Position numbers and translations under genes: made by a program | The notes under the pieces: generated by a model | Seen by the model: only the letters and a program-made list of their open reading frames with translations | What the model was told of the DNA's origin: nothing | Database searches by the model: none | Assembly: GCA_963750045.1 (NCBI GenBank) | Contig: CAVVPD010000009.1 | Coordinates: 172,401 to 236,400 of the forward strand | DNA: 64,000 nt | Origin: an uncultured Actinomycetes bacterium | GTDB lineage: Bacteria; Actinomycetota; Acidimicrobiia; IMCC26256; DASPTH01 | Reading direction: 5' to 3' | Shown here: piece by piece, positions 20,557 through 30,788 of the stretch | Layout: every line of letters starts with the position of its first letter | How positions within the stretch are numbered: position 1 is the stretch's first letter

Positions 20557-22407
20557 GTGGCGTTCGTCAAGCGGGTACTCGTCGGTCGGCCTTTGGCCAC
20601 GACGGAGATGGAACACCAACGCATCCCGAAGACCATCGCGCTCGCGGTGTTCTCCTCGGATGCGATCTCGTCGACCGCATACGCGACCGAGGAGATTCTC
20701 TTCGTCGTCGCGGTGGGAGGTTCGAGCCTCGCACTCGGGCTGAGCAAGCTCATCCCGATCGGTGTCGCGGTCGCGATCCTGCTCACGATCGTCATCACGT
20801 CGTACCGACAGACGATCTTCGCCTACCCGAGCGGTGGTGGGAGCTACGTCGTCAGCCGCGAGAACCTCGGGGAGAACCCGTCCCTCATCGCGGGCGCGTC
20901 GCTGCTCGTCGACTACATCCTCACCGTGGCCGTGTCGATCTCGGCGGGCGTCGCCGCGATCGTCTCCATCCCCACGTTCCAGGATCTCGCCAAACACCGC
21001 GTCGCGCTCGGGCTGGTCCTGATCGTGTTCATCAGCCTGGCCAACCTGCGCGGCATCAAGGAGTCGGGCCGCATCTTCGCGGTACCGACCTACATCTACA
21101 TCGCGATCCTCGGAGCGCTGGTGAGCTACGGACTCTTCCGCAGCTTCGTGCTCCACGACATCCACCGTGTCAACCCGCTGCCCTTCAAGCAAGAGGGCGG
21201 GAACCTCGTCGGCGGGACCCTGGGGCTGTTCATCCTGCTGAAGGGGTTCTCGTCCGGGGCGGTCGCCCTCACCGGCGTCGAGGCCATCTCCAACGGGGTC
21301 CCCGCGTTCCGCCGGCCGGAATCGAAGAACGCAGCCGCCACGCTCGTCTGGATGGGGATCATCCTCGGCACCCTGTTCATGGGTGTGCAGGTCCTCGCCC
21401 ACCGCCTCGGGCCGTACCCGAGTGACAAGACCACGGTGATGTCGCAGCTCGGCACTGCTGTGTTCGGCAGCGGGACCGTCCTCTACGTGATCCTCCAGTT
21501 CGCCACCGCCGCGATCCTCACCCTGGCCGCCAACACCGCGTATGCCGATTTCCCCCGTCTCTCTTCGATCATCGCCCGTGACGGTTACCTGCCGCGGCAG
21601 CTGGCCAACCGCGGCGATCGACTGGTGTTCTCCAATGGGGTGATCGTGCTCGCCACCGCGGCGGGAGCCTTGATCATCGCGTTCGGAGGCTTGACCAACG
21701 CGCTGATCCCGTTGTACGCGGTCGGGGTGTTCCTGTCGTTCACCCTGTCGCAGGCCGGCATGGTGCGACACCACCAGAAGGAACGCGAGCGCGGGTACAA
21801 GCGCAACATCGTGATCAACTCGGTGGGTTCGGTCGCAACCCTCATCGTGCTGTTGATCGTCGCCGGCACGAAGTTCACGAGCGGCGCGTGGGTGCCACTC
21901 GTCGTGATCCCGATGATCGTGGTGGTGTTCAAGTCGATCAAGCGCCACTACCGGACGGTCGCCGACGGCTTGCGGGTCACGCCCGACTACAAGCCGCGGC
22001 GTATGAACCACACCGTCGTGGTGCTCGTGGGTGGCGTGCACCGGGGCGTGCTCGAGGCCCTGGCCTATGCCCGGTCGATCAACCCGAACCACCTCGTCGC
22101 CGTGTCGGTGGTCTCCGACGAGGAGGAGCAGAACAGGCTCGAGGAACAGTGGAACGAGTTCCACCTCGACGTCCCACTCGAGATCGTCTACTCGCCCTAC
22201 CGGGAGTTGACCCGCCCGATCCTGCGATACGTCGACGAGCTCGACGCTCGCTGGGAGAACGACGTGATCACCGTCCTGCTGCCCGAGTTCGTGGTCCGGC
22301 ATTGGTGGGGGAACCTGCTCCACAACCAGACGGCCCTGCTCCTGAAGGGCCGCCTGCTCTTCCGGAAGGGCACGGTGGTCACGTCGTTGCCCTACCACCT
22401 GGAGTGA
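20557..22407 (+). CDS. APC-family transporter, KimA/YdaO-like K+/H+ symporter
   Basis: LAVFSSDAISSTAYATEEIL, SYRQTIFAYPSGGGSY, ALTGVEAISNGVPAF, C-terminal soluble domain ending WWGNLLHNQTA. Confidence 0.88.
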   Translation: MAFVKRVLVGRPLATTEMEHQRIPKTIALAVFSSDAISSTAYATEEILFVVAVGGSSLALGLSKLIPIGVAVAILLTIVITSYRQTIFAYPSGGGSYVVSRENLGENPSLIAGASLLVDYILTVAVSISAGVAAIVSIPTFQDLAKHRVALGLVLIVFISLANLRGIKESGRIFAVPTYIYIAILGALVSYGLFRSFVLHDIHRVNPLPFKQEGGNLVGGTLGLFILLKGFSSGAVALTGVEAISNGVPAFRRPESKNAAATLVWMGIILGTLFMGVQVLAHRLGPYPSDKTTVMSQLGTAVFGSGTVLYVILQFATAAILTLAANTAYADFPRLSSIIARDGYLPRQLANRGDRLVFSNGVIVLATAAGALIIAFGGLTNALIPLYAVGVFLSFTLSQAGMVRHHQKERERGYKRNIVINSVGSVATLIVLLIVAGTKFTSGAWVPLVVIPMIVVVFKSIKRHYRTVADGLRVTPDYKPRRMNHTVVVLVGGVHRGVLEALAYARSINPNHLVAVSVVSDEEEQNRLEEQWNEFHLDVPLEIVYSPYRELTRPILRYVDELDARWENDVITVLLPEFVVRHWWGNLLHNQTALLLKGRLLFRKGTVVTSLPYHLE

Positions 22408-22526
22408 GATCCGGAGACAGATTGGACTCAGACGAGTCCAGGCCCCTACTTTTCCCTAGCTTGCCTGCGCCGGTGCCCTAGGCCCCGCGTGCCCGCTCCC
22501 ATCGAGTACCCAGAGGTTTGGATTTC

Positions 22527-24896
22527 ATGATCAGCTTTGCAGCTGAAGGGGGTTACCAGGTCTTCACCCTGAACGGGGAAGCCTGGTTCTGGCTGATCTT
22601 CTCGGCCATCACGGCATTGTTGTCGCTCGGGGTGGGCGTGTTCTTGATGCGCGGCGTGCTCGCCGCCGACCAGGGCACTCCGGCGATGATCGAGATCGCG
22701 ACGGCCATCCAGGAAGGCGCGATGGCGTACCTGAAGCGCCAGTTCAAGACCATCGCGGTCATCCTGATCCCGCTCGGCATCGTGGTGTTCGTGACGTCCA
22801 CCGAGGTGGTCAAGCCCCTCGTCGCCGGTCCCAACGCCTCCGAAGGTCTCACGTTCGCTCAGTCCGGCCTGTTCCGCACGTTGGCGTTCATCGCCGGGTG
22901 TCTGCTGTCGGGTCTCACCGGGTTCATCGGTATGAGTCTGGCGGTGCGCGGCAACGTACGCACCGCGGCCGCCGCCAAGTCGGGCTCGCTGCCCGCCGCG
23001 CTCAAGGTCGCGTTCCGCACGGGTGGCGTCGCCGGCATGTTCACCGTAGGCCTGGGTCTGCTCGGCGCCACCACGATCATCATGATCTTCCAGAACACCG
23101 CCTCGGCGATCCTCATCGGGTTCGGCTTCGGGGGTTCGCTGCTCGCGCTGTTCCTGCGGGTCGGTGGCGGCATCTTCACCAAGGCGGCCGACGTCGGCGC
23201 CGACCTCGTCGGCAAGGTCGAGGCGGGCATCCCCGAAGACGACCCCCGCAACCCCGCCACCATCGCCGACAACGTCGGCGACAACGTGGGTGACTGCGCC
23301 GGCATGGCCGCGGACCTCTTCGAGAGCTACGAGGTCACCCTCGTCGCTTCGATCATCCTCGGGGTGGCCGCGTTCAAGTCGATCGGCATGAACCCGGCAC
23401 TCGGGCTCATCTTCCCGGTTGCCGCCCGCGCCATCGGCGTGCTGGCGTCGATCGTCGGAGTGTTCGCGGTGCGCGCCACCGACAAGGACAAGTCGGCGAT
23501 GGCGCCGATCAACCGTGGTTTCTTCGTCGCCAGCCTCCTCACCGTGGTCGGCACCGCGATCGTCGCGTTCGGTTACGTCGGCAACGACAAATTCGACGCC
23601 GGGTGGAAGTGCTTCGGCGCCGTGATCATCGGCCTCGTGCTCGCCCAGCTCCTGAGCCGGCTCACCGAGTACTTCACGTCGACGGAGACGGCGCCGGTGA
23701 GAGAGATCGCCGAGGCCTCGCGCACCGGCCCGGCCACCGTCGTGCTCTCCGGCATCAGCTCCGGGCTCGAGTCGAGCGTCTACGCGATCATCGCCATCGC
23801 GGCTGCGCTCGGTGTCGGCATCTGGCTGGGCGACGGCAACACCCAGTTCACCTTCTACATGGTGGCGCTCACCGGCATGGGCATGCTCGCCACCACCGGC
23901 GTGATCGTCTCGGAGGACACCTTCGGCCCGGTCGCCGACAACGCCGCCGGCATCGCCGAGATGACCGGTGAGTTCGAGGGTGAGCCCGAGCGGATCATGG
24001 TGAGCCTCGACGCGGTGGGGAACACCACCAAGGCCGTCACCAAGGGCTTCGCCATCGGCTCTGCGGTCATCGCCGCCGTCGCCCTGTTCGCTTCGTACAT
24101 CGAGACGATCGGCGGCGAGCTCGACCCGTTGAAGAACGTCACGGGCAACCGACTGTTCAACGACATCCTCACGCAGATCAACGTGGCGAACCCGAAGACG
24201 TTCATCGGGCTCCTGATCGGCGGTTCGATCGCCTTCCTGTTCTCCGCGCTCGCCATCCGTGCGGTCGGCCGTACGGCCGGTGTGGTGGTGCAGGAGGTCC
24301 GCAGCCAGTTCGCCGACGGCAAGATCATGGCCGGCACGAAGAAGCCCGACTACGGACCGGTCATCGACATCTGCACCGCGGCTTCGCTGCGCGAGCTCGC
24401 GACGCCCGCGCTGCTCGCGGTGCTCACGCCCCTCATCATCGGGTTCGGTATCAACTACCTCGCCCTCGGCGCGTTCCTCGCCGGAGTGATCCTCACCGGC
24501 CAGCTCATGGCCAACTTCCTGAGCAACTCCGGTGGTGCGTGGGACAACGCCAAGAAGTTCATCGAGGACGGCAACGAGGGGGGCAAGGGCTCCGAGGCGC
24601 ACAAGGCCGCCGTCATCGGCGACACGGTGGGGGACCCGTTCAAGGACACGGCCGGACCTGCGCTCAACCCGCTCATCAAGGTGATGAACCTTGTCTCGCT
24701 CCTGGTGCTCCCGGCGATCATCAGCTTGAAGGACGACGACATCCGCTTCGTGATCGCGGGCGTATGTTTGGTCGTCCTCATCGTCGCGGTGCTGTTCTCG
24801 AAGCGCAAGAGCGGCGGCTTCGGCGAGGAGTCGGAGATCGTTGCCGAGGCGATGGCCGCCCACGGCCTCCCCGAAGGCAGCTCCGCAGGCGAGTAG
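22527..24896 (+). CDS. hppA: Membrane-integral pyrophosphatase, K+-independent H+-PPase type
   Basis: GGGIFTKAADVGADLVGKVE, EDDPRNPATIADNVGDNVGD, GNTTKA, GGAWDNAKK, GDTVGDPFKD. Confidence 0.95.
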   Translation: MISFAAEGGYQVFTLNGEAWFWLIFSAITALLSLGVGVFLMRGVLAADQGTPAMIEIATAIQEGAMAYLKRQFKTIAVILIPLGIVVFVTSTEVVKPLVAGPNASEGLTFAQSGLFRTLAFIAGCLLSGLTGFIGMSLAVRGNVRTAAAAKSGSLPAALKVAFRTGGVAGMFTVGLGLLGATTIIMIFQNTASAILIGFGFGGSLLALFLRVGGGIFTKAADVGADLVGKVEAGIPEDDPRNPATIADNVGDNVGDCAGMAADLFESYEVTLVASIILGVAAFKSIGMNPALGLIFPVAARAIGVLASIVGVFAVRATDKDKSAMAPINRGFFVASLLTVVGTAIVAFGYVGNDKFDAGWKCFGAVIIGLVLAQLLSRLTEYFTSTETAPVREIAEASRTGPATVVLSGISSGLESSVYAIIAIAAALGVGIWLGDGNTQFTFYMVALTGMGMLATTGVIVSEDTFGPVADNAAGIAEMTGEFEGEPERIMVSLDAVGNTTKAVTKGFAIGSAVIAAVALFASYIETIGGELDPLKNVTGNRLFNDILTQINVANPKTFIGLLIGGSIAFLFSALAIRAVGRTAGVVVQEVRSQFADGKIMAGTKKPDYGPVIDICTAASLRELATPALLAVLTPLIIGFGINYLALGAFLAGVILTGQLMANFLSNSGGAWDNAKKFIEDGNEGGKGSEAHKAAVIGDTVGDPFKDTAGPALNPLIKVMNLVSLLVLPAIISLKDDDIRFVIAGVCLVVLIVAVLFSKRKSGGFGEESEIVAEAMAAHGLPEGSSAGE

Positions 24897-24930
24897 CCCA
24901 CCCCAGGACGTGACAGCTACGCGCGCCGCA

Positions 24931-24982
24931 CGAACCGGCGTCGGCGACCCCGCCTCTGACCGCGGGAGGCGACGCCGGTTCG
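24931..24982. terminator. GC-rich stem-loop between convergent hppA and dedA
   Basis: Perfect 13-bp inverted repeat CGAACCGGCGTCG / CGACGCCGGTTCG with an inner CCCGC/GCGGG stem. Confidence 0.6.
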
Positions 24983-24999
24983 AAGGGGGGGTCGAGCGG

Positions 25000-25701
25000 T
25001 CAGTCTTCTTCGACGACTTCGTGCAGCGCGGCGGCCTCGGCCTCGGCCTGGGCCTGGGTGTAGTGACGTGGGCCCTGCTTCTTGGCCTTGCGCCATTCGA
25101 GGAAGGGCGGGATCAGCGACACGATGATGACGACCGCGATGAGCGGGTAGAGGTACTTGTCGATCGAGTCGCCGATCGCGTCGGCGAGCGCGTACCCGGC
25201 CAGCGTCACACCGAACACCCAGATGAACCCACCGATCACGTTGAAGCTGATGAAGGTCCGGCGGGTCATCTTCCCGATACCGGCGACGACCGGCGCGAAC
25301 GTCCGCACAATCGGTACGAACCGGGCGAGCAGGACGGTCTTTGCCCCGTGGCGATCGAAGAAGTCCTCGGTGCGGTCGATGTACTCCCGTTTGAAGAACC
25401 GGGAATCTGGTCGCCGCAACAGGCGTGGCCCGATGTTCTGGCCGATGGTGAAGCCGACCTGGTCGCCGATCACCGCGGCGGCGAAGCAGCCGAGCAGGAC
25501 GGCGGCGAGGTTGAGCTTGCCCTGGTTGGCCAGGATCCCCGCGGTGAACAGGAGCGAGTCGCCGGGGAGGAAGAAGCCGACCAGGAGCCCGGTCTCGGCG
25601 AAGATGATCAGCATCAAGCCGATCTCGCCGTAAGGGCTCAGGTCGTTCAGGATCGTCTTGGGATCGAGGCTGAGCGCGAGAATCGTCGAGACGAGGTGCA
25701 C
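25000..25701 (-). CDS. dedA: DedA family membrane protein
   Basis: IIFAETGLLVGFFLPGDSLLFTAG, ARFVPIVRTFAPVVAG. Confidence 0.92.
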   Translation of the reverse strand: MHLVSTILALSLDPKTILNDLSPYGEIGLMLIIFAETGLLVGFFLPGDSLLFTAGILANQGKLNLAAVLLGCFAAAVIGDQVGFTIGQNIGPRLLRRPDSRFFKREYIDRTEDFFDRHGAKTVLLARFVPIVRTFAPVVAGIGKMTRRTFISFNVIGGFIWVFGVTLAGYALADAIGDSIDKYLYPLIAVVIIVSLIPPFLEWRKAKKQGPRHYTQAQAEAEAAALHEVVEED

Positions 25702-25896
25702 GACGGCGCAGGATAGACGGCGATCCGGGCTCGTCTCCGGACCAGGGCCGAGTTGACAGGAGCGATTCCGGGCGTCACTGTCCGGCGCCGATACGCACCG
25801 ACGGCCGCCCGGCGGACCAGACTGGTTGGCTCATGGGCGCCGGGACCGACCGTCCCGGGCCAATCGAAGTCCCCCCGAGGAACCGTAGGAAGAGAC

Positions 25897-28616
25897 GTGG
25901 CCAAGCCGCTTGTGATCGTAGAATCCGGGGCCAAGGCGAAGACGATCGCGGGCTTCCTCGGGACCGACCGTTACACGGTCATGGCGAGCGTCGGCCACAT
26001 CCGCGACCTTCCCCGGGGCGCGAAGTTCGCGCCGAAGAGCGTCACCAAGCCCGAGGTGCGACGTCTGGGGATCGACGTCGACGACCACTTCACGCCCATC
26101 TACGTCGTGCCCGACGACAAGAAGCAGGTGGTCTCCCAGCTGAAGGCCGCGCTGAAGGACGCGAGCGAGCTCTACCTCGCGACCGACGAGGATCGCGAGG
26201 GCGAGGCGATCTCGTGGCACCTCCTCGAGGTGCTCAAGCCCCGGGTACCGGTCAAGCGGATGGTGTTCCACGAGATCACCAGCGAGGCCATCGACGCGGC
26301 GATCGAGAACTGGCGCGACCTCGACATGAAGCTCGTCGAGGCCCAGGAGGGCCGCCGCACCCTCGACCGTCTCTACGGCTACGAGGTGTCGAACGTCGCG
26401 TTCCGACGCATCGGTCCGGGCACGTCGGCGGGGCGCGTCCAGAGCGTCGCCACCCGACTGGTCGTCGACCGTGAGCGCGCGCGTATGGCGTTCCGCAGCG
26501 GTTCGTACTGGGACCTCGAGGGCAGTTTCGGTGCCGAGGCTCCCGGCTTTCCGGCGACGCTCGTCACGCTCGACGGCAAGCGGCTCGCGTCCGGGCGCGA
26601 CTTCGACGCCAACACCGGTCAACTCAACGACAACGCCGCCGTCGCGCTCCTCGACGAACCCGGTGCGGTCGCCCTCGCCTCCCGCCTGGAGGACCAGCCG
26701 TTCCGGGTGGCGTCGGTCGAGACCCGCGCGCACGTCGAACGCCCCAAGGCGCCGTTCATCACGTCGACGCTCCAGCAGGAGGCCGGCCGCAAGCTCGGGT
26801 TCAGCGCCGCCCGCACCATGCACGTCGCCCAGGGTCTCTACGAGCGCGGCCTCATCACCTACATGCGGACCGACTCGACCTCGCTCTCGGCGCAGGCCGT
26901 CAGCGCCGCCCGTCGCCAGATCGCGTCGATGTACGGCGACGCGTACTTGCCCGACAAGCCGCGCGAGTACCGCAGCAAGGTGAAGAACGCGCAGGAGGCG
27001 CACGAGGCGATCCGTCCCGCCGGCGAGGCGATGCGCACGGTGGACGATGTCGCGCGTGAGCTCAGCGGCACCGACGAGCGCAGGCTCTACGACCTGATCT
27101 GGAAGCGCACGGTGGCGTCGCAGATGGCCGACGCCCGCATCCGCCGGGTCACGCTCCGCCTCGTCGCCACGTCGACGTCCGGCGAGGAGGCGACCTTCCA
27201 GGCCACCGGGCGAACGATCGAATTCCCGGGCTACCTCCGGGCCTACGTGGAAGGCGCCGACGATCCCGAAGCCGAGCTCGAGGACCGCGAGACGATCCTG
27301 CCGCCGCTCGAAGAGGGAGCGACCGTCGAGTGTCGCGAGTTGCGACCGTCGGGCCACGCCACGCAACCGCCGGCGCGTTACACCGAGGCCAGTCTCGTGA
27401 AGGAGCTCGAGGAGCGTGGCATCGGTCGCCCGTCCACGTACGCGTCGGTGATCGAGACGATTCTCCGGCGCGACTACGTGTTCAAGAGAGGGAGCGCGCT
27501 CGTTCCCACGTGGACGGCGTTCGCCAAGGTGCAGTTGCTCGAGCGCTACTTCAGCCACCTGATCGACTACGAGTTCACCGCGGTGATGGAAGAGGCGCTC
27601 GACGCGATCGCGCCGTGGCGAGGGCGAAGCCGAGAAGTGGCTGCACTCCTTCTATTTCGGCAACGGCCAGATGGGTCTGCGCGACCTCGTCGCCGAGGAG
27701 CACGTCGCCAAGATCGACAAGGCCGAGGTCAACGCCGTGCACGTCGGCGTCGACGCCGAAGGGCGCGAGCTCATCGTTCGGGTGTGGCCCAACGGTGCCA
27801 ACATCGAGCGGGGCGACGAGAAGGGCCCGGTGCCCGCGGACCTGGCACCCGACGAGCTCACACCGGAGAAGGCCGAGGAGCTCCTCGCGATCCCGACCGG
27901 TCCGCGTGAGCTCGGCACCGACCCCGAGACCGGTCTCCCCGTGCTCGTGATCACCGGAAGGTTCGGTCCCTTCGTGCAGCTCGGCGAGCTGCCACCGGGC
28001 TCGAAGGAGAAGCCGAAGCGTTCGTCGCTCTTCTCCTCGATGGACCCGACGACGGTGACCCTCGACGACGCGCTCAACCTCCTTTCGCTGCCCCGAGTGG
28101 TGGGCGTCGACGAAGACGGCAAGGAGATCACCGCGCAGAACGGTCGCTACGGGCCCTACATCAAGAAGGACGCCGACAGTCGCAGCCTCGCGTCGGAGGA
28201 AGAGCTCTTCTCCGTGACCCTCGAGCAGGCGCGGGCGATCTTCGCCCAGCCCAAGCAACGCCGGGGGCGTGGAGTGGCCAAGCCTCCGCTGGCCGAGCTC
28301 GGTGCGCACCCGGAGTCGGGTGCGCCGGTCCGGGTGCTCGACGGCCGGTTCGGTCCGTACATCACCGACGGCACGGTGAACGCGTCCGGTGCCGCGGGGC
28401 ACCGATCCCGAATCGGTGACGATCGACGAGGCCGTCGAGCTGCTGCGCGAGCGTGCCGCGCGCGCGCCGGCGACGAAGCGTCCGGCCAAGCGGGCGGCGG
28501 CGAAGCGGTCGCCGACGAAGAAGACCACCAAGAGGGCGACAGCGAAGAAGTCGACCGCGAAGAAGGCCGCGAAGGCGACGAAGAAGGCGACGAAGCCCCC
28601 CGCTCCGGGTATGTAG
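25897..28616 (+). CDS. topA: DNA topoisomerase I with Lys/Ala-rich C-terminal tail; frameshifts at about 27613 and 28388
   Basis: LVIVES, ATDEDREGEAI, SAGRVQS, GLITYMRTDS, QEAHEAIRP, GIGRPSTY, repeated GRFGPY/F Topo_C_Rpt domains, KKAAKATKK tail; TTGACA-17-CACTGT upstream (25752). Confidence 0.95.
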
Positions 28617-28622
28617 ACGCGG

Positions 28623-30180
28623 ATGACCGACGAGCAGCCGGCTCAGCCGCAGGCGCCGTTCATCCCGTCGGACGCCTCGGAGCCGCCGCTGCCCGAGGCC
28701 CCGTGGCGGGTGTTCGGCACCAAGTCGTTCTTCCGGCTGTGGACCGCGCAATGCGTCTCGAGCCTGGGTGACTGGATCGGCCTCATCGCGATCCTCGCCA
28801 TCGCGGCGCGGGTATCCGACAACTCGGGCGCCGCGGTGAGCCTGGTGATGACGACGCGGGTGCTCCCGGGCTTCCTGCTCGGCACCGTCGGTGGCGTGAT
28901 CATCGACCGCTTCGACCGTCGCAAGGTGATGGTGCTCTGCGACATCGGGCGCGCCAGCCTGCTCCTGTGCCTGCCGCTCGTGAACGGCATCGCCGGCTTG
29001 CTCCTCATCTCGCTCGGACTCGAGGTCCTCACCCTTTTGTGGGGGCCGGCGCAGGCCGCGTCGGTACCGAACCTCGTGCCCGAAGAGCAGCTGTCGTCGG
29101 CGAACTCCTTGTCGCTCGCGGCGTCGTACGGCACGTTCCCGATCGCGTCGATCATCTTCTCGTTGCTCGCCGGGCTCGCGACCGTCCTCGGCGAACTCGA
29201 CATCATCTCGTCGTTCAAGGTCGACCAGGAAGCGTTGGCGCTGATCTTCGACGCGATGACGTTCCTCGTGTCGGCCGCGATCGTGTATCGCCTGCCGATC
29301 CCTCGCCGAGACCAGTCGCACGACCAGCGCATCGACTGGACCGAGACGTTCCGAGAGATCAAGGAAGGATTCCAGTTCGTCTCGAAGCACGCGCTCGTGC
29401 GCGGCGTGATGCTGGGGCTGGGGTTCGGCCTCATCGGCGCGGGCGCGATGATCCCCCTCGGGCCGAGCTTCGCGCAGGAGGTGCTCGGAGCCGGCGCCGC
29501 CGCATTCGGTGTGCTCATGACCGCACTCGGCTTCGGTGCCGCCATCGGGGTGGTCACGCTGCTGTGGCTGCAGAAGCGGTTGCCGCGCGTGGTCGTGTTC
29601 TGCTTCGCGGTGGTCGGCACCGGCGGATGCCTCGTGCTCGCCGCGTCGATGTCGTCCCTCGCGGCGGCGGCGCTGTTCATCGGCGGCGTCGGAGCGTGCG
29701 CGGGCACCACCTACGTCACCGGGTTCACCCTCTTGCAGGAGAACGTCAGCGACGAGCTGCGTGGCCGGACGTTCGCGACGCTCTACACGGTGGTGCGGTT
29801 GTGCCTGCTCATCTCGCTCACCATTTCGCCCTTGTGGGCCGACTTCTGGAACTGGGTCACCGAGGGACTGCTCACCAACCAGTCGGTGAACGTCGGGCCG
29901 TACAGCTACGCACTCCCGGGCGTGCGGATCGCACTCTGGGGTGGGGGGCTGATCACGTTCGTCGCCGGCCTCGTGGCGTGGCGCTCGATCCGCCGCGGCG
30001 GAACGGAGCGCGTCCACGCAGGCCGAGGCGCCGGCGACGCCCCCCGAAGCCGCGGGTCCGATCCGACCCCTCGGGCTGGTCGAACCTTCGCCGATCGCCG
30101 AGCCCCGAGCCGCCGAGCCCGGGCCCCGGGCGGAGGAGCGCGAACAGCACCAGGAACCCGAGGCGGGGGCGGGGCCGTGA
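28623..30180 (+). CDS. MFS transporter (probable stop 30178-30180 after an indel at about 29995; reads in frame into tmk as assembled)
   Basis: FFRLWTAQCVSSLGDW, GGVIIDRFDRRKVMVLCD, LLQENVSDELRGRTFA; about 12 TM segments. Confidence 0.85.
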
Positions 30181-30788
30181 CCCGGGGCAGGTTCGTGGTC
30201 CTCGAGGGGGGCGACGGCAGCGGGAAGAGCACCCAGGCCGCGCGACTCGCGGATCACCTCCGCAGCCGTGGCCTCGCGGTGCGCGAGACGTTCGAGCCCG
30301 GGGCCGGTGCGGCGGGCGCGGTCATCCGCGATCTGCTGCTCCACGGTCCCGAAACCGTCGCGCCACTCACCGAGGCGCTGCTCATGGCCGCCGACCGGGC
30401 TCAGCACGTCGCCGTCGAGATCGAGCCGGCGCTGGCCGGCGCCGAGTGGGTGGTATGCGACCGGTACGTGCCGTCGTCGCTCGTCTACCAGGGAGTGGTG
30501 CGCGGCCTCGGGGTCGATCTCGTCGAGCAGCTCAGTGACGTCGCCACCGGCGGGCTCGCCCCGGATCTGGTGATCGTGCTCGACGTGGCCGACGACGTTG
30601 CCGCGTCCCGCCAGGGAGCGAAGCCCGATCGGCTCGAACGCGAGGGTGTCCGGTTCCACGCGGCCGTGCGGCGCGCGTACCGCGATCTCGCAGTGGCTCG
30701 CGGTTGGCGCGTGGTCGACGGGAACGGGTCGGTCGACGAGGTGGCGGACGCCGTCCGCGCCGCAGTCGAGCCGTTGCTGGCAGGATGA
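30177..30788 (+). CDS. tmk: Thymidylate kinase
   Basis: FVVLEGGDGSGKSTQ, FEPG, ADRAQHV, VCDRYVPSSLVYQG, PDLVIVLD. Confidence 0.93.
   Translation: MTRGRFVVLEGGDGSGKSTQAARLADHLRSRGLAVRETFEPGAGAAGAVIRDLLLHGPETVAPLTEALLMAADRAQHVAVEIEPALAGAEWVVCDRYVPSSLVYQGVVRGLGVDLVEQLSDVATGGLAPDLVIVLDVADDVAASRQGAKPDRLEREGVRFHAAVRRAYRDLAVARGWRVVDGNGSVDEVADAVRAAVEPLLAG

Noticed and set aside
25897-28616. Programmed frameshifting in topA and other split genes
   Set aside because: No slippery heptamers or consistent stimulators, several shifts per gene, and a positional gradient all favour sequencing error.
28470-28616. Lys/Ala/Thr-rich repeats as a separate histone-like gene
   Set aside because: This is the known lysine-rich C-terminal tail of actinobacterial TopA, separated only by an indel.
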